A DNA stretch of 64,000 nt from Marsupella aquatica. Lineage: Eukaryota > Plantae > Marchantiophyta. The translations under genes were made by a program, and so were the position numbers. Below are positions 40,209 through 52,269 of the stretch, in pieces (position 1 is the stretch's first letter; every line of letters begins with the position of its first letter). Below the pieces are notes generated by a model. That model was not told the origin of the DNA, ran no database searches, and saw only the letters and a program-made list of their open reading frames with translations. The stretch lies in assembly GCA_973895155.1 (NCBI GenBank), contig OZ316894.1:10695874-10759873 (forward strand), in the 5' to 3' direction.

Positions 40209-40663
40209 GCTTCGTCTCCACTTCCTCTTCGGGCGTGTGGGTGAACACTTCACCAAATCAGATACCGCACCTCTTCTTCATCGCATAGAAGATTTTCTAA
40301 AACATCCTGTACCAAGCAAACAGTCAAAAGTTCATTCTTATCAGCTTCTTCCTTTGTTTCTTACAAGATGGTTAGACTGACAAGACAACAACTGGAATGA
40401 GAATTATGAAGGAAAGCTAACATTTCTTCTTGCACAAAAGGACTTAAAAGGCACCCTCTAGCATCTTTTGTGGACTTGATAGACAACCCAGCATTTTTTT
40501 CATTAGGTAGCTTGAATGTATTTTGTAATTGAATGACATCCGTTTTTCAAGTAAGTAGTTTGAATGTCAAGGATCACACGAAACAGTTTTCAGCTCAAAT
40601 AGAATTTTCTTTAGTCATCCAATAAAATGTAGGAGTTTATCAAAATTAGCATTTTGTAGGTTT

Positions 40664-40939
40664 TGTGACGCCCTGAGTATATAGTGGTGCTGCAGCGGAG
40701 AGGTACATCCAATGGCGACTACTGCGGAATTAATGTATTTTTTGGATTAGTATTGGGTTATGGTATTTTTTGGATTTTGGACGGTCTCTCTGGGCCTGAC
40801 CAAGTCCTCAATCCATCTTTGTGGTCAATCAAGTCCACAAGATGCTAGAGGAGGCCGATTAAGTCCTTTCTTGTTCGTCTTGTGAATTTGAGGAGGACTG
40901 TGAATGAGGATGCCTATGTTTTACCTCAGGTCCTTCACA
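40664..40939. mobile_element. Putative solo LTR (~276 bp)
   Basis: Begins TGTGACGCCCTGAG and ends CTCAGGTCCTTCACA (TG...CA with an imperfect terminal inverted repeat). Flanks GGTTT/CGGAT give no clean TSD. Confidence 0.45.
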
Positions 40940-41519
40940 CGGATCTGTGGGGGCTCACCCTGAAATGGGTTCCCTTTGATGAATGTATGTCACTATGAGG
41001 TGAGGGGAGTCCACTAAGAGTTCTTACTCACTACCTTTCAAGACAAAAGGAACTCGGAACTCATTGTACCAAAATTTATCAATTTAAAAAGCTGAAACTT
41101 TTAAACGTAGCTTAATCTCTAATGAGTTTGTCACTATACGGCTCTTCAACCAACCAATCAAAACAAATACATATTCTCCAGAGCAACAAGGGCTGGTGAT
41201 ATGCGAGGATACACTTTGATCAAAGTGAGAGTGAATTTTTGGCCATTTTGACTGAGCTTTTCATCATGAGATGCGGAAGGGTAAATTGCAATAGATTAAT
41301 TTGGACTATGTGAATTAATATGAATATTTGGGCTTGTGTTTTTTTTGCATCTCCTCCTTCTCTAGTTGCCTTACAGATTTAAAACTAAAAATTATATTAG
41401 GAGTCATAATTGTCAAGTTATGGCCCCAAACCCTCATGGACCACCAAACCGTGGTCCATTTATCCGAGCCATTTGTCCAACATGGTGGTCCATTCTTGCT
41501 TCAGTCTAGTATGTAAAAT

Positions 41520-42575
41520 CCTGTTTAGAGAGCATTATAAGATACAATCCAATGAAGAACAAGAGCTTGAACTTGAGTTTTAAGGGGTTATTATTACCCC
41601 TAATGGTCTGGAAACACTATCTTGGTACACTCAAAGGCCTATGAAATTTTTACTTTTTGTAACTTTAGTAAAAATAGAGGAGAATCTTCCTAAAGAGTCT
41701 AACTTTAGTAAAAGTAAAGGGGAATCTTCCTAAAGAGGAGATCTTGAGCAGGCATTATGCTCCCAGCATGTCCATTATGAATAGGATAATGTCCTGCCTA
41801 GAGGGCATTGTGGGATAAAATGCCCTGAAAAACGAGGTCAGTAGCCCCAGTTTTGAGGGCATTACTTTCATAATGCCCATAACTAGGACATTAATGTACG
41901 TAAAAACTTGAGTGACTTTTCAGTAACAAATTAACAAGAAAGAATCCCTGAAATAGAAAATTCAAATTAAAGGGTCATCCAAGAAGTGGTTGCTATGGAA
42001 GTTGCCAAAAATATACCTTCTTTAGTTATATTAGATTCTATTCATAGATATTTTGTTAGTATCACCATATAAGATTTGGTTATCATCTTGAGATCTTGAC
42101 TAAATTTAATTTTTTTTTTGTATGGTAAAACTAGATTTAATTTTTACTTTTGCTATATTTATGGTGTTTTTATAATCCTCTCCTCAAAAAAAGGAGTGCA
42201 TTATGGAGAATTAATGCACTCAAATATACAAAGAGAAAAGTCACGAAAGTCTTTACGCTCTGAGAATGTCCTCAACTATACAAATGGAAAAATCACAAAA
42301 GACATTGAGTACACAATAAAAGTATTGTTTAGAGGGAATTATGGGATCTAATGATCCAGAAATCTAGAGCTTCACCTTGAATTTTGAGAGGCTATTATAT
42401 CCCATAATGCTCAAAAGACCTCATTACACTTAAAGGTCTCAATTTTTGTTGGTTTCTAACTTTAATAAAAGTAGGGGAGAATCTTACTAAAGAGATGATC
42501 CAGAATTTTGAGAGGCTATTATATCCCATTGGGTCCCGACAAATACAATGGGAAAATCACAAAGTGCATTATTAA
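41520..42575 (+). repeat. Dispersed repeat family with recurring GGGCATTAT...ATAATGCCC palindromes (copy B)
   Basis: Aligns by eye with 2730-2806 + 7178-7616 (copy A, split by the Harbinger-type element) and, inverted, with 54925-55262 (copy C). Internal 40-bp tandem at 41661-41737. Confidence 0.75.
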
Positions 42576-43316
42576 GTACTAGCCTGACTACCTGTTCCTT
42601 GAACATAAACAGAATTGAAAACCAAAAAAAATGGAACAAAAAATCTATACTCTTCTCACTTATCTTTGCATAACTGTTTATTTGTGCACCTTTTACATTT
42701 GTCTTATTCAGAATCATTATATATTTTGTCCTCATTTGAGTTATCGTATGCTTCACTCTACACCGTAGCCCTTCTGTTTGCGATTATATAATAAGATTGT
42801 TGAAAAAAAATACACGCCCCCAAAATTCGCAAAAATCTTACGTATAATGCAGTCTATCGCGTCCTTTGAGAAGAAGTGTCTCACGAAAGTCATGACTTGA
42901 TGACTAGTCAAAAGGCATTCACTGCAACACTTTTCTTCTCTTCTTCGTCGTCTCCCATTCCATTCCATTATTCTATACATTGCTTGGATGCTGTCCCTCG
43001 AAGCTCTGAATTGAGGAAGACGAGTTTCGACGAAAAGGGCGCCATTCCGTTAGTAAATTGAGCTATTTTGCTACTACTGCACAGGAGGCATTGTGCAGAT
43101 TTTGCAGATTGCAGACCACGGCAGAAGAAACGGCAGGACATCCCAGTGTGGATCGGATTGCGCTCGCACGAGGGAGATCGAGCTTTGTGACAATCGGGTC
43201 TGTAGGGTATGAGAAATTGGTCCGATTGATTATAGATCCGAAGTTGTGGGAGTCGTGTTGTTGTCGTTGTTGCTGCTGTTCGAGAGATCGGGGCGCAGGC
43301 AAGAAATTAGGGCACG

Positions 43317-43931
43317 ATGGGGGCCACGGAGAAAATAATGGAGCAGGTGTTTGAGTTGAAGATGACGTCGAAGACGCTGGGGCGGCAGGCCAGGAAGTGT
43401 GAGAAGGAGGAGAAGTCCGAGAAGTTGAAGGTGAAAAAAGCGATTGAGAAGGGGAACATGGACGGGGCTAGGATATACGCGCAGAATGCCATTCGCAAGC
43501 GCACAGAGCAACTCAATTATCTGCGGCTGTCTTCACGGCTCGACGCCGTTGTGTCGCGGTTGGACACCCAGGCGAAGATGATGAATATTAACAAGTCCAT
43601 GAGCTCCATTGTGAAGGCTCTCGACACCGCGCTTGCGGCAAATAACCTCGAGAAGATGTCGCAGACGATGGACCAATTCGAGCAGCAGTTTATCAACATG
43701 GAGGTACAGTCGGAATTCGTAGAGAATGCCATGGCCGGCAGCACGTCCCTCTCCACGCCAGAGGACGAGGTCAATTCTCTCATGCAACAGGTGGCCGATG
43801 ACTACGGTTTAGAGGTATCGGTTGGCTTGCCCCAGGCCGCGTCGCATGCTGTCCCTCCAACGCAAGAACCCGAAGTCTCTGCAGAAGATGACTTGAGCAG
43901 ACGCCTGGCCGAGCTGAAGAGCCGAGGCTGA
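43317..43931 (+). CDS. CHMP1: ESCRT-III protein CHMP1/VPS46 (Snf7 family), intronless
   Basis: [62 protein letters not shown]...[22 protein letters not shown]...[11 protein letters not shown] (MIM1 motif); 204 aa. Confidence 0.96.
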   Translation: MGATEKIMEQVFELKMTSKTLGRQARKCEKEEKSEKLKVKKAIEKGNMDGARIYAQNAIRKRTEQLNYLRLSSRLDAVVSRLDTQAKMMNINKSMSSIVKALDTALAANNLEKMSQTMDQFEQQFINMEVQSEFVENAMAGSTSLSTPEDEVNSLMQQVADDYGLEVSVGLPQAASHAVPPTQEPEVSAEDDLSRRLAELKSRG

Positions 43932-46900
43932 TCGAAATTATTCTTTGCGAGGCCAAGTGAAGGACATGACCTGAGCGATGATGATCGAAGAGGGGATTGC
44001 AATCTTGTAGCTTTCTACGTGGGAAACTTCTAGTTGAAAGTTTACTCTGTGCAGGCATTAATGGAGGTTCCTAGACTGTCAGGTCTGATCGGAATTTGAA
44101 ACATAATTCAACTATGCCCAGGGCGAGAGGAGAGTTGTTGATGATCAATTGCTTGGGCTTTTGGAGCTCTGCTGCGTGTTAAGCTCTGGAAACAACTGCT
44201 AGGAGGCTGTTTGGTTTAAATGCACTCCCTTGGCAAAAGTTCTTGTGAGATATTCTTGTCCATGCCACCGACTAGTTCTTCTTGGGTGGCAGTAGTATCG
44301 GGACATTAGGTTACCGGTTGGAATATGGGTCATCTAGATTAGGTCAACTTCCGCTAACTTTGTGTTGGACGTGTACAGTCCCCTAAATGTCGAGTGTTGT
44401 CTCGAAATCACATGTGAGGAATTTGACAGATTTGGCCAGCTCTCTTCCTTGTGCTGGCTGTCGAGAATTCTCCTTCCTCTGTTGTGGCATCTCAGGACCA
44501 GAAGGCATGTATTGTTCAAAGGGATTCAAAAGGCATTTCAGAAGGCATGTATAGTACAGGACATGTATAGCCAGAAGGCCGATTGGGTCACGTATTTTGA
44601 ACGGTCAGAAAGGTGCTGGTACTGATGATGGGTTAGCAACAAGTAGAGAGCAAAGCAACTAACAAACTCAGAGTCGCTGTGGCATGGTCACTATTCAAAT
44701 TATAACGAATTGAAGTAACTGGAGTTGTATTTTATGGATCTATCTTGGTTAGTCTTACTGGGTAGCAGACCTTATAATGATGCGATTGGATGAGCAGAAA
44801 GGGACCGAAAGGAGGCTTCCAATTGACTCCTTGGAAGGCGAGTTATGTTGTTACCTCCCTGTCCTTTGTGAGCAGTGGACTTGGATTTCAGGATATACAG
44901 AAGGAGACATGATGACAGGTGACAGCATTTGCAAGAATGAAGGGTTAAATTTTGAGAACAAAACATGTCCCTCGTCTCAATATGGTCATTTAGCAAGACG
45001 TGTGGTATATCCTTGAGGATCGAGGTGGTTCTCAAAGTCAAATGTGTGATTGAAGGGGCATGGTTCCTGTCAATGCTAAAAAGCAGGAGAAAGACCTTCG
45101 GAGGTTTTTAGTTCCTGTCGTTTCCTCCTCACGTACTGGTGTTCTGTATCGTGCCTCATTATCCCCCTATTCGAAACTCTGTCCATGGCTAGAAGCAGGA
45201 TTCTCGCGTGGCTCAGAAAATGGGAGATTCAAACGTCTCATCCAAGAGTTTTGTGGCTTGGACTCTTGACAAGCACTACTGGCTTCTAAGCTTACGAGAA
45301 TTTCAGAAGTATTATTGGAATGACACAACAGCGGATCAGCAGACATTTCAGGTGGGGAAAATCCCTCCGATTGAGAGAAGTGACCTGTTTGGATCTTCCG
45401 AGCAACCAACCCCGGGTATAGGCAGCAGGGCCTTGGCACGTCAGCTTCTCAACAATCCAAGTACACTATCCTTACAATCCAGTCTTCAAAGCAATGAGAA
45501 CCTCTAATCTATCTCTGGGCGCTATAGAAGTGATTACTACAGTTCCAAGTAATGATTCTTTTGGCAGAACCAAATGCTCCAGCAACCGCAAGATAGAACC
45601 TAGCTGTAACTCTTTTCATACTCACTAAGGCATCCCTCTCCTTATTAGTGGTGGGACTGGTCGTCAGAAAAGGCAGGTGACATGTATTTTCAGGCAGCGG
45701 TCTGGTAAACAGTATAGACTAAGAGAGGGTGTAGATCAACTTATGGGATGGCTGGAAAAGCTCCGAGTCGAAATGGGACTGGATATAGATGAGCACCTTC
45801 TTTCATCTGACAGAACAACAACAACAAGATTACAGTTCAAATTAATCTGGATATCAATCCTTTCATGAAGCCATTAATTCTGTATGCGACACAAGTTGAA
45901 GTAAACTTACAAATGTTGACCTCGTTATCATTCGAGATTCTATCGAGAGCATGATTATGACCAACACAAGGATCCAACCTAGTTTCCTCTGGACGAGCAT
46001 TCCTCCAGCAAATCAGACTAACCATAATCAGACTAACCATGACTGAGTGTACCATCTAGCGGTCTAGAAGTTGGGCAGGATTTTGGGATTCAAGTGAAAG
46101 CCCTTCGATTAAGTTGGGAAAAATTGTAGTGTCCTCACAAGCAAGCAGACTTCATCACTCCCTGCAGATCCAGGGAGCCATGCAAGTACTAAATAACGAC
46201 TGCTTCCCCACCATTTATCTACTGGTTTGAAAGTTGACGCACAGAGGTTCGCTGTGTGAAGAATTTCACCATGATTGAAGTCTTTTGCAGTGTCACGAAC
46301 ACTGCGTAAATTCAATGGGGTCTGTTTCTCGAAAGGCTGGCCTGTATGCCGGCCAAACTGTGAATTGACTGAGATTGTAGTACTTTAGAGTAGTTGGCCA
46401 TGTAATGTGAATTGACAGAGGTTGCGGTCCTCCCCCAGGTTTTAAGCATTTAATGTGAATCGTCTGAGATTGCTGTCCTGCACAGTGGTTGCATATGTCA
46501 CTAGTCAAGTTTTTTGCGAAATCATTGGGAATGTTTCTCCTGCGGGTTGGCTGTGTGATACGAATCGAGCGATTGTTCTTTTCCACAGGCGTTGTGTTTG
46601 TTTGATCGAAAGCAAAATTGAGAGAGTTGCTCTCGGCCTGATCACGATTTCGACGAACAAACTGTGAAATGAGTGAAGATGGTGTCCCCCACTGGCTTGC
46701 TACTGTGAATCGGAGGGGTAGATTTCCTCCACAGGGACTTATTGGCCATAAGGCGATGAGCTCATTCTGATAGCTCTGTAGGGATTTGCAATTTTTTCCG
46801 ACATCCGTTCCATTTCTTTCTTCTTTCCGTGGTCACTAATCTCTCAACAAGAAGCAAACGTGTCGAGCCTGTCTGTGGGTTCGAGCGGTGGAGAGATCCA

Positions 46901-47027
46901 CTACTACAACATCAGGGCAGGGTTTATCAGCGACCGTGGGACTGCTGCTTCATTGTTCAGCACGACGAGGAGGTTTAGCACAGTGGAGCGACACAGTTCC
47001 TCAGCCGCAAACTATTAGAGCAGCGAG

Positions 47028-47975
47028 ATGATGGAGACGACGGAGGGGAATGCTGAGAAGGCGATGGCGAGGCCGGTTCCATTCGATTTCAATGCGTACT
47101 TGGTGTCAAAGGTGAAAGCGGTGAACGAAGCGCTCGATTTGGCACTGCCGCTCCAGTATCCGGAGAAGATCCACGAGCCGATCAGATATGCTCTGTCCGG
47201 AGGCGGGATGAGGCTCCGCTCTGTATTGAGCATTGCGGCCTGTGAGCTATTTGGTGGGGAGCAAGAGACAGTCATGCCAATCGCCTGCGCTATGGAGATG
47301 ATCTACGACTCGTCTCTGGTCCACAGTGACTTGCCGTGCATACATGACCGCGATCTCCGGCTAGGAAGGCCAACAGTGCATGTTGTCTACGGAGAATCGA
47401 CTGCAATACTCACAGGAGACGCTCTCATTTGCAAATCGTTTGAGCACATAGCGAAGGAGACGAAGGGGGTAAGCTCGGAGAACGTGCTGCGTGTGATCGC
47501 CCGGTTGGGCAGGAGTGTGGGGGCACGGGGGATGGTTGCTGGTCAGTTTGTGGATTCACAATCGTCCGGTGATCAATCCGTAGCGTTGGAGACGTTGGAA
47601 TTCATCCATCTCCACAAATCTGCAATTCTGGTAGAGTGTTCGATTGTCTGCGGTGCGATTGTGGGAGGTGCATCAGATGAGGACATCGAGAGATTGGCAG
47701 AATACGGCCGTAGTCTAGGGTTGCTTTTCAAGGTGGTGGATGACCTCCAGGATGTCACCGAGACGACTGAAGAAGAGCTCGGTAAGCCGGCCGGTTCTGT
47801 TGATGCCTTGACGGACAAGGTCACTTATCCGAAGCTCCTCGGGCTGGAGAAGACGAGGCAGCTTGCTGACGAGCTGCTCCGAAAGGCTAGGATGCAGATT
47901 TCAAACTTCGATCCCGTCAGAGCTGCTCCTTTAATAGCCATTGTAGACTTTGTATTGGAGAGTCGGCCCCGGTAG
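47028..47975 (+). CDS. Divergent geranylgeranyl diphosphate synthase-like protein (trans-IDS fold), intronless, no transit peptide
   Basis: Collinear with plant GGPPS: FDFNAYL...YPEKIHEPIRY...ACAMEMI...GDAL...GMVAGQFVD...LEFIHLHK...VVDDLQDVT...EELGK...DKVTYPKLLGLEK. Key catalytic motifs are altered (see findings). Confidence 0.9.
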   Translation: MMETTEGNAEKAMARPVPFDFNAYLVSKVKAVNEALDLALPLQYPEKIHEPIRYALSGGGMRLRSVLSIAACELFGGEQETVMPIACAMEMIYDSSLVHSDLPCIHDRDLRLGRPTVHVVYGESTAILTGDALICKSFEHIAKETKGVSSENVLRVIARLGRSVGARGMVAGQFVDSQSSGDQSVALETLEFIHLHKSAILVECSIVCGAIVGGASDEDIERLAEYGRSLGLLFKVVDDLQDVTETTEEELGKPAGSVDALTDKVTYPKLLGLEKTRQLADELLRKARMQISNFDPVRAAPLIAIVDFVLESRPR

Positions 47976-50262
47976 CAGATCCATTCTTTTCTCCATCCGC
48001 GCGTTCTCCTCCCGTAATTTTGATTGAATTGTTGGCATATTACTAATGCTAAGGGCACTTTAGACACGGGAGAAGGGATAACTTACTCAAGCTTCTTCAG
48101 CAGCACACGTTTTGAACCCTTGAGACCGTTTTCACTGACAGAAATGGGGACACACATCAGAGAGTAATCTTAACTATCTAGAGGAGATGGTTAGGTGAGT
48201 GGAAATACCTGGTTTAATGTCCTTTCGCTCGAATTTTGTATCAGTCCCGTGAAGAAGTAGGAGAAGAAGAGAGGTTACAATGTGAAATAGCCTGATTTTG
48301 TGTACCTTTAACGGCCATAATTTCATGAGTACAGACACGTCCCTAGCTTTCAATTGTAAATGGATCTTCATTGAGAACTCTCCTTTATTTAAAAAGGTGA
48401 AGCCGGCTTGCCTGATTACAAAATCAACTACTGTGATTGATTCCAAGATGAAGTCGGCTTGGCCAGATCACAACAAGAACTCCTGTGATTATGTAAGCTT
48501 CCAACAACAGATTGCCTTATGAACATATTTTGTGCTCAAATCAAGCGGTACAAGCTTCATGACTTCAAAACGAAATACTCATAAATTCTACACTCCTCTG
48601 GTGTGACATGTGAGGCGTTTGGAACCAACATTAAATTAGGTTGGTAATAAAACGGAAGCTTGTGGACGTAGGGAAGGGAAGGGAAGGGAAGAAATTCACT
48701 CTCTGGAACTTTTAAGCTTGGGGTCGCTTCGCAATCCACGAAAAAATCCGTCTGCAACATTCTGGTGTTTCCGTTTCGTGACATGCATTAATTGCGCGTT
48801 TCCTCGACGAATTCGTCAATTCACCTTCATGTGCCTCCATCGCATCATTGAAACTTGCGCCAGCTCATCCCGACGACCAAAAGGAGCTGAAAATGGAGCA
48901 CTGACTGAAGAGGAATTCAAAATTCTATCAAGAATAATGTGTAACAGGCAAGACCGCTAATCTAAGCAAACGCACAAGAGAAGCTTGGCTAACAACATCC
49001 TCTGGTAACACAGCGCCCGTTCCGATGAATTTGGCACTCGAGTACTGTTCCTCTTCATGTCATTGTTCAATTCAAAGCATTGTCATCGACTAAGGCATCT
49101 ATGGTGAGTTAGATCTATACGAGATGACGTTAGACGGAAATGCAGCAAGAGAATTGTCAAATGAAGATAAACAGAGATCATTCATTCTCTCAATAGAGAC
49201 TCTCGGTCGACAGGGCAATGCAAGACCCCAGACTCCTCTTAGTGCGTGCCATCCAACGAACTTTGAGATATAAAACAAGTTGCTTCTGGAAAACCTTTGG
49301 TGCCTAATGAGAGTCAAATGCGTGTCTCTGGGAGTCCCTTCCGAGTGGTCGCCTCAGATGGAAATTTGGACCTGTATGCTCGTTGATTCTCCACTGTTTC
49401 CAAGTTATTCTCCACTGTTTCCAAGAATGCAGTTGCTGCCGACAAACTGTGATCACAACATTTAGGAAGCGTCCCGTGTGCGAACAAAGACCGTAGGCAG
49501 AGGAATTTGCTTTTCACTGTGCAGACAACATTGTCTGCTCCTCTCAGATAACGAAGTGATTTATAGCACTGAATCGAATTCATCATCGGTCAGGTATCCA
49601 AATTGAGCCATAAGACAAGGAGTATTGACTAGAGTCCGCATTCTAACACTTCAGGCAACAAGAGGATGTAAAGAGATGCCAGCTTTCCGACCCGACAAGA
49701 AAGCACTTTAGAATTCAGTAGCCATTCCGTGAACTGCTGTTTATTTTTGCAATCAACTACCTGTAGTCCACGAAGGCAATTACCAGTGGATAATTTAGAC
49801 AATTATGATTCCACTATAACAGAGACCATACCCACATCGTGAGAACTGTCGATCCAGTTTTATAATGTTCATTGTAGGCTAGCAATCCTTTTTTCAGATC
49901 GTCAAATGACGGAACTCAAGGAGAACCTAGTTCTCTGATCTAGCCCCACACTGGAACCCAATTGCTGGGGCCTTTCGTCCAGCAAAAGTTATTGAAACAA
50001 TGCTCTTGGGGACGGAACTGTTGCAAAGCTCAGTATTTGACAAAAAACTCATGTCCATTATCCTCCGATCCTAATGACGCAGTCCCTCTCCGTGTGATTT
50101 GATCAATATTTCGGTGTCTGCTCGAATCATTTCTTGAGCGGAAATTTTCTCTAACAGGCAGTAAGTCATGTACCCAAGATCAGTCCATGAGCCGTTTACA
50201 AGTAGTATTTCCTCCTTTCTCTTGGCTTTCCTGCACTCCTACTGTAATTGTGTGCTTCTCTT

Positions 50263-51594
50263 TCATGATGATTCCCTCCAGAAGCGAACAGAGCGGTCCG
50301 TCCCGCAGGTAGCAAACGCTGCCTCAGTGGGCGAGTGCTCTAACCAGCGAGGTGCACTGGCATGGTTGGATGGTAACCGCATCACGATGTTGGCTGTGAG
50401 TGCATCCCATACCACAATCTCATTACTAGCCTCGTCAACACAGAGGACAAATTCTTCATTTCTTGAAAACACTGCTTGACACCGCATTTGTGCGTGCTTT
50501 GCTCCAACATACTGCTGAACCTGACGTCCAGTGGCCACTTCCCACATTTTGACGTTGGAATCCTTGCCACATGAGAGTACGTATCGTTGATCCCTTGAAA
50601 AATTCGCACTGGTAGCTTCAGCAGATCCATGAGCACCTACAATTGCACGCACACAGTGTGCACTGACCCCGTCCCATATCCGTATACCCCCATCCTTGCT
50701 TGCTGTGACATACAAGCCTCCACTGGGAGAATAACGTATCTGATTGATGGCACCGCCAATATGTTGCTCTTGCAGTTGTGAAGATAGATAGCATTGAAAC
50801 GTGTTGACATCATACAAATGCGCAATGTGATGATCAGTCCCGGCCAATAGATAGTCGCCACAAGGATGAAAGGCAACTGATCGGACATTGTGGGTGTCCT
50901 GGATCACTCGGAATGCACGCCTCACTGCTGCCTTCGCGAAGTCAAAGAACTTTATGGTTCGGTCCTTGGCACCAGAAATTAGGACGGCTGATTGAGGGTG
51001 AAAATCTATGTCGTTGATGGGCTGAATGTGATCATAATAAGTTCGAATAACTGGTCGGATGGGAGTGTCCCTCGACGCTCCATCAGGTGCCATCATCAGT
51101 CGCACCTTGTCCACCTCCACAAGTTTAATCGAAGTGTCTGCACTCCCGGTTGCCAAATGCTTTCCATCAGGGCTGAACCGAGCACAGCGTGCAGCGTTCT
51201 TGTGCTCTGAAATATGTCTGGATTCAACCTTTGGGAACTTGCTGGGATTGGTACCCTTAGTGGCACCCCCACTGAAATCAAGAGAACTGACCGGAAGGGT
51301 TGGCACAGGCCCATAGCCAGCTAGCGTTCCTCCTCCACCGTAGCCAGTGTTGCCATCGACATGAGTCTGAGAAACGGCTCTACCACCTGCGACAATCTCT
51401 TCTCTCTCTATTGCTAAGCCCTTGCGCACGAGATCCAGCAGCTTATTGGGCGGTAGCTCGCTTCTTAGTGGGGTCATTGTTGCGTTTGAAACAGCAGTCG
51501 CTGCTTGAACGAGATTTAGATCACACAAGTGTGAGACGATGAGCGCCATGACATGCCTCTGGAGCATGCCTTCCTGCTGCTGATCCGCACCCAT
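50263..51594 (-). CDS. CSTF50: Cleavage stimulation factor 50-kDa subunit (CstF-50/CSTF1), WD40, intronless
   Basis: N-terminal dimerisation region (LIVSHL...AVSNATMTPL...PPNKLLDLVRKGL), then WD40 repeats: HKNAARCARFSPDG, RPVIRTYYDH, KDRTIKFFDF, HNVRSVAFHP, FATCGTDRSVRFW. First ATG at 51594. Confidence 0.93.
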   Translation of the reverse strand: MGADQQQEGMLQRHVMALIVSHLCDLNLVQAATAVSNATMTPLRSELPPNKLLDLVRKGLAIEREEIVAGGRAVSQTHVDGNTGYGGGGTLAGYGPVPTLPVSSLDFSGGATKGTNPSKFPKVESRHISEHKNAARCARFSPDGKHLATGSADTSIKLVEVDKVRLMMAPDGASRDTPIRPVIRTYYDHIQPINDIDFHPQSAVLISGAKDRTIKFFDFAKAAVRRAFRVIQDTHNVRSVAFHPCGDYLLAGTDHHIAHLYDVNTFQCYLSSQLQEQHIGGAINQIRYSPSGGLYVTASKDGGIRIWDGVSAHCVRAIVGAHGSAEATSANFSRDQRYVLSCGKDSNVKMWEVATGRQVQQYVGAKHAQMRCQAVFSRNEEFVLCVDEASNEIVVWDALTANIVMRLPSNHASAPRWLEHSPTEAAFATCGTDRSVRFWRESS

Positions 51595-51696
51595 TTCTTC
51601 TCCTCCTTGTTTGGCTGGTTCCGTCTGCTCTTTCCTTTCCAGTGACAGACTTTTCAACCAGTGCTAACAGCCAGAGCGGTGAAAGGTGGAGATGGT

Positions 51697-51708
51697 TTTA
51701 GGGTTTAG
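51697..51708 (-). promoter_or_regulatory. Telo-box (AAACCCTAA) upstream of the CstF-50 start
   Basis: Minus strand reads CTAAACCCTAAA ~100 nt upstream of the ATG. Telo-boxes are known cis-elements of plant translation and RNA-processing genes. Confidence 0.5.
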
Positions 51709-52269
51709 TGAGTCAGGCCCGAATGCTGTTTGGGTACAGAGGTGCTGCAACTGAAAGGATTCCGGCATACAATAAGTCGAAGGGGAAACCATGTTTCACA
51801 GCGTGAAGGTGCTGGACTGCATTATCTGAACTGCATTTCTCCTCGTAAGAAAGTCCACACGAGTACATCCAACGACAAATCCTCCATACGTTGCTTGCTT
51901 GTGTAGAAAGGAGAATTTCTTTCCCGCACAATGATCATTCACTCGACGAAAGCCCATGCCATTCACTTGTACCGCTCCAGTTGACAGCATTTCAGAAAAA
52001 TTTCCTCACTTTACACAAAAATAACCCTACATTCTGGACCACAATTACGATTTGCAAGGAGGGTTTGCGCTCTGCAACTCCGATGCACTTGACTCCGATG
52101 CACTTGGGGGTTATGTATGGGTACTGACGGCTTGGTATGGGGTTACTGGTATGTGACCCACCAGAAAGTGAAGAAATGCTGTAGGGAAGTTTTTCTGAGC
52201 TTTGTGGGAATAGTAACCCCAACCCAAGCAGTCATTATCATACATAACGAGCTCAATACACGTGCGTTG

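Noticed and set aside
39700-40330. Possible minus-strand pseudogene fragment
   Set aside because: Coding-like composition, but multiple stops and no family I can recognise.
44300-46700. Short ORFs between CHMP1 and the GGPPS-like gene
   Set aside because: No recognisable motifs or consistent exon chain; probably UTR or intergenic.
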